Of a stretch of DNA of 64,000 bases, positions 61,340 to 64,000 are shown in pieces. The notes under the pieces are model-generated. The model ran no database searches and had not been told where the DNA came from. It was given only the letters and a program-made list of their open reading frames with translations. Location: positions 18,749,048-18,813,047 of the forward strand of contig OZ316891.1 of assembly GCA_973895155.1 (NCBI GenBank), read 5' to 3'. A program made the translations under genes and the position numbers. This DNA comes from Marsupella aquatica (Eukaryota; Plantae; Marchantiophyta). The stretch's first letter is position 1; the number at the start of each line of letters is the position of its first letter.

Positions 61340-61956
61340 TCTTAACATAACTCTTCTATTGTATCCCACTCAATTCTAATAAAAACTATCTTGGTGCCAA
61401 AACGAAATTAGATGAAGTACACATCATTTCAAGTTGTTCAAGGAGGAGCATGCTATATCATATGCGTGATGGCCTTGTTGTACTTTACATATTCAAATTA
61501 GATATTACCACACAAGTGCCAGAAAAGGAACAAACAATGGTGGATGCCTTGTTGTACTTGAAATATGCAATTTCCATATTACCACACAAGTGTATTCTAG
61601 AAGAGGAACAAACAGTGGTGGACTTATAGAGACTCACAAGTGTATTCTAGAACAAGAGGGTCAGTGCTATTTTGAACTGACCCTCTTGTTCTATTTTGGA
61701 ATAACAACGTTTAATTACATAACCACTAAAGACATTTTAATTCAATCATTTTCTTTTAATAATATTTTAATTCAATCATTTTCTTTTAATAATAACAATT
61801 ATATATTTCTTCAATCATGTTGTTAACGATAAAAATATTAAATATTGTATATAGAGTATCCAATCCAGCATTTGAATAAATGAAATTTCTATACATAATA
61901 TTTTGAGAACTCCTAATTTTGACATACACTATAATATATTTATGGGAAATTTTACT

Positions 61957-63125
61957 AGGCATCTCAAAGCTTGGCCATACTAGGATAACATCTTCTCGAG
62001 TATGTGAACTGCCACAGTTGTGGAAACCAATTTTTGGCTATCGCAAGGAAAGCCTGAAGGGCCAACAGTTAACTAATCACCTTAACAATTTCCCCGTAAT
62101 TTTAGGCACAAATCCACAAATACCAAAATCCCAAACATTACCATTGAAGAGAGTGGGCTGTGGGCTGCTACATTCAGGGTGATGGGTGACCAAGAATGAA
62201 GGAAAAGGGATAGTTATATTTCATCGGACAAATGAGACTGTAACCATTGCCTTGTTGGATGGGTCAATGCTGCCGCCCTCCATTTTTGAAAATCCTGAAC
62301 TGAGTCATATGACCATTACAGGATATACCATAAATGGGCATCTATAGGGGCGTCTTGCACAGGGTCTTGCACAGGGTCTTGCATGTCAAATGTCCTGAAA
62401 ATTTGGCTCTAACCACTCCTACATTGTAAGTATAAAGCGCATCACAAAGCTTCACAGAATAGACTAAGAAAAGAGCTATTTTATTTGTTTTAATAGAAAT
62501 TTAAAGGTTGGGACTTTCAATGGCCCTAAACTTTCCTGCCCTTGTCCTTGACTGTGCTCAAAATAATGCTGCTGTTAGGCCTACCTCAGGTGGGAGTTAA
62601 GGTATAAATGTTACGTTCACTCATAGAGTGCTATCAGCTAACTGAAGGGCCAATTTTCTGAGGACCTTTTACATTCAAACAGCTTAGCTATAGCCCAGCC
62701 TTGAGATGTTTGTAACTTATTAGTAAAGTGCAATTAGAAGCAACTTCCTTGGCTTATTATCTAGAGTGACTACTCTAGACTCTAACTCCAAGTGAGGGCA
62801 TAACTGAAAGTGAAGGTGTACACAAAAAGTAAGGGTTGCAGACCAAAACCAGGAATAGGGGCAATGAGGAGCAAAAAATGGCATGGAATTCTTTTTTCTT
62901 CAAAGGTTTTTTCACTCCTCATCTCCCAGTCAAAACGTTTCTCACTAGGCTCACTTTCTACAGTAAAGCCTCTACACCATGACTTTAAAGACATAACCCA
63001 AAGTGAGGGTGCACATAGGCAACAGGGATGGGGGCAAGATGAACAAGAAATAATAATAAAGAACTTTTCTTTGCAAGTTTTTGTTGTTGGGGTAATCAGG
63101 ATAGTGCATCAATTTTGAGAGCCCC
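61957..63125. mobile_element. Non-autonomous Harbinger-family element (~1.17 kb)
   Basis: AGGCATCTCAAAGCTT at 61957 matches the reverse complement of the 23224 end (GGGCATCTCAAAGCTT). TTTGAGAGCCCC|TAA at 63114-63128. Confidence 0.55.
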
Positions 63126-63329
63126 TAATTTCGACATCCGCCACAGTATAGTACTGAAGATTTGTCGGTAGCAATGCTGTCTCGACGTGAATGTCAGTGT
63201 GGGTCCTAAAGACTGGTGATTGTATTTCCCCCCTCTTCCCTATTGCCATGTCGCTCGGGGAGAGCCGAGCAAACTGCCACATACTTGTCGCGGCTAGAAC
63301 CAGACTACTGTACGTTGCTAGTGAAGCTT

Positions 63330-63529
63330 TAGTGTTCAGTGACGAGAAAACAGCACAGCCATAGCGTCACCGAAAGAAAGGGAGCAAGAAAAGGCGAACG
63401 CGAGAAATCCGACTCTCGAGAACGGAGAGGAGAAAAAATCGTGCGGAGAGGAGCCCAGACAAGGAAGCAAGAGGCGAGGAGAGGAGAAGGCAGGGTTGTA
63501 TCGAAGGCACCGCCCATCGATGGACAACG
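63330..63529 (+). other. Probable first exon (GA-rich leader, possibly ATGGACAACG micro-CDS) of a gene continuing past the window
   Basis: CpG/GA-rich leader like those of the other genes here, ending at a strong donor CG|GTGAGT (63530) followed by T-rich intron-like sequence. Confidence 0.3.
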
Positions 63530-64000
63530 GTGAGTCAGCTGCTCCGAGGGAGCCTGACCCGGCATGGTACATTCTGGACAGCGCACAGCAAACTCAGGGC
63601 CCATACATTGCTCCTGAGATTCGAGGTGCGTTCTCTTTCTCTCTCTGCCTGGAAACTCTATTTACTTCTGATTGCATGGCATGGTTAGGTTCTCTGGACG
63701 AAAACCTTGTTCATTCCTTCATCTGCTCTTTCGACCGTCTGCTCCTTCTACTTTACTGTGTGATTACCGCTACTCATGGATATGGAGACTGCCAAGCTTG
63801 TGGGGTGACCAAATTTAAGAATCCCGAGCAACGGAATGCATATCCAGCATATCCCTTACTCCTGACTGCCAAGTATAGCTGTACAGACTCCGAAGTCTCA
63901 TTCCAAAGGCTTTCACCTGCGTTGCGAACTGTCGCTATGTCATTAGGGCATCGCCGTTTACAGTCTGGTGCAGTGACAGCAGAGGAACCGAGTCATTTCC

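Overview
Eukaryotic, intron-rich plant genomic DNA, most likely a bryophyte/liverwort. That assignment is an inference from gene sequences and TE cargo, not verified. Four apparently intact host genes are present: a 28-exon callose synthase of the CalS11/12 (GSL1/GSL5) type (minus, 1720-14543), a 10-exon myo-inositol-1-phosphate synthase (plus, 26143-30111), an intronless TauE/SafE-family transporter (minus, 41557-43371) and a 3-exon TUNICAMYCIN INDUCED 1-like gene (plus, 56451-58501). Probable gene starts lie at both window edges. The intergenic space is a nest of transposons: a 7.5-kb PIF/Harbinger element with decayed transposase and extra cargo, related Harbinger MITE ends, a full-length young but disabled Ty1/Copia element (293-bp LTRs, GAAGG TSD), minisatellite-filled non-autonomous Helitrons, a ~1-kb foldback element and a ~290-bp MITE carrying a tRNA-Gly-like Pol III promoter. 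The most unusual item is an 8.1-kb TIR element (32750-40883, apparent 8-bp TSD) inserted in a Helitron. It carries a decayed P-element/THAP9-like transposase plus a second gene with EDM2/NSD-type tandem PHD fingers. All exon coordinates were read by eye from GT-AG boundaries and checked for frame; no database searches were run.
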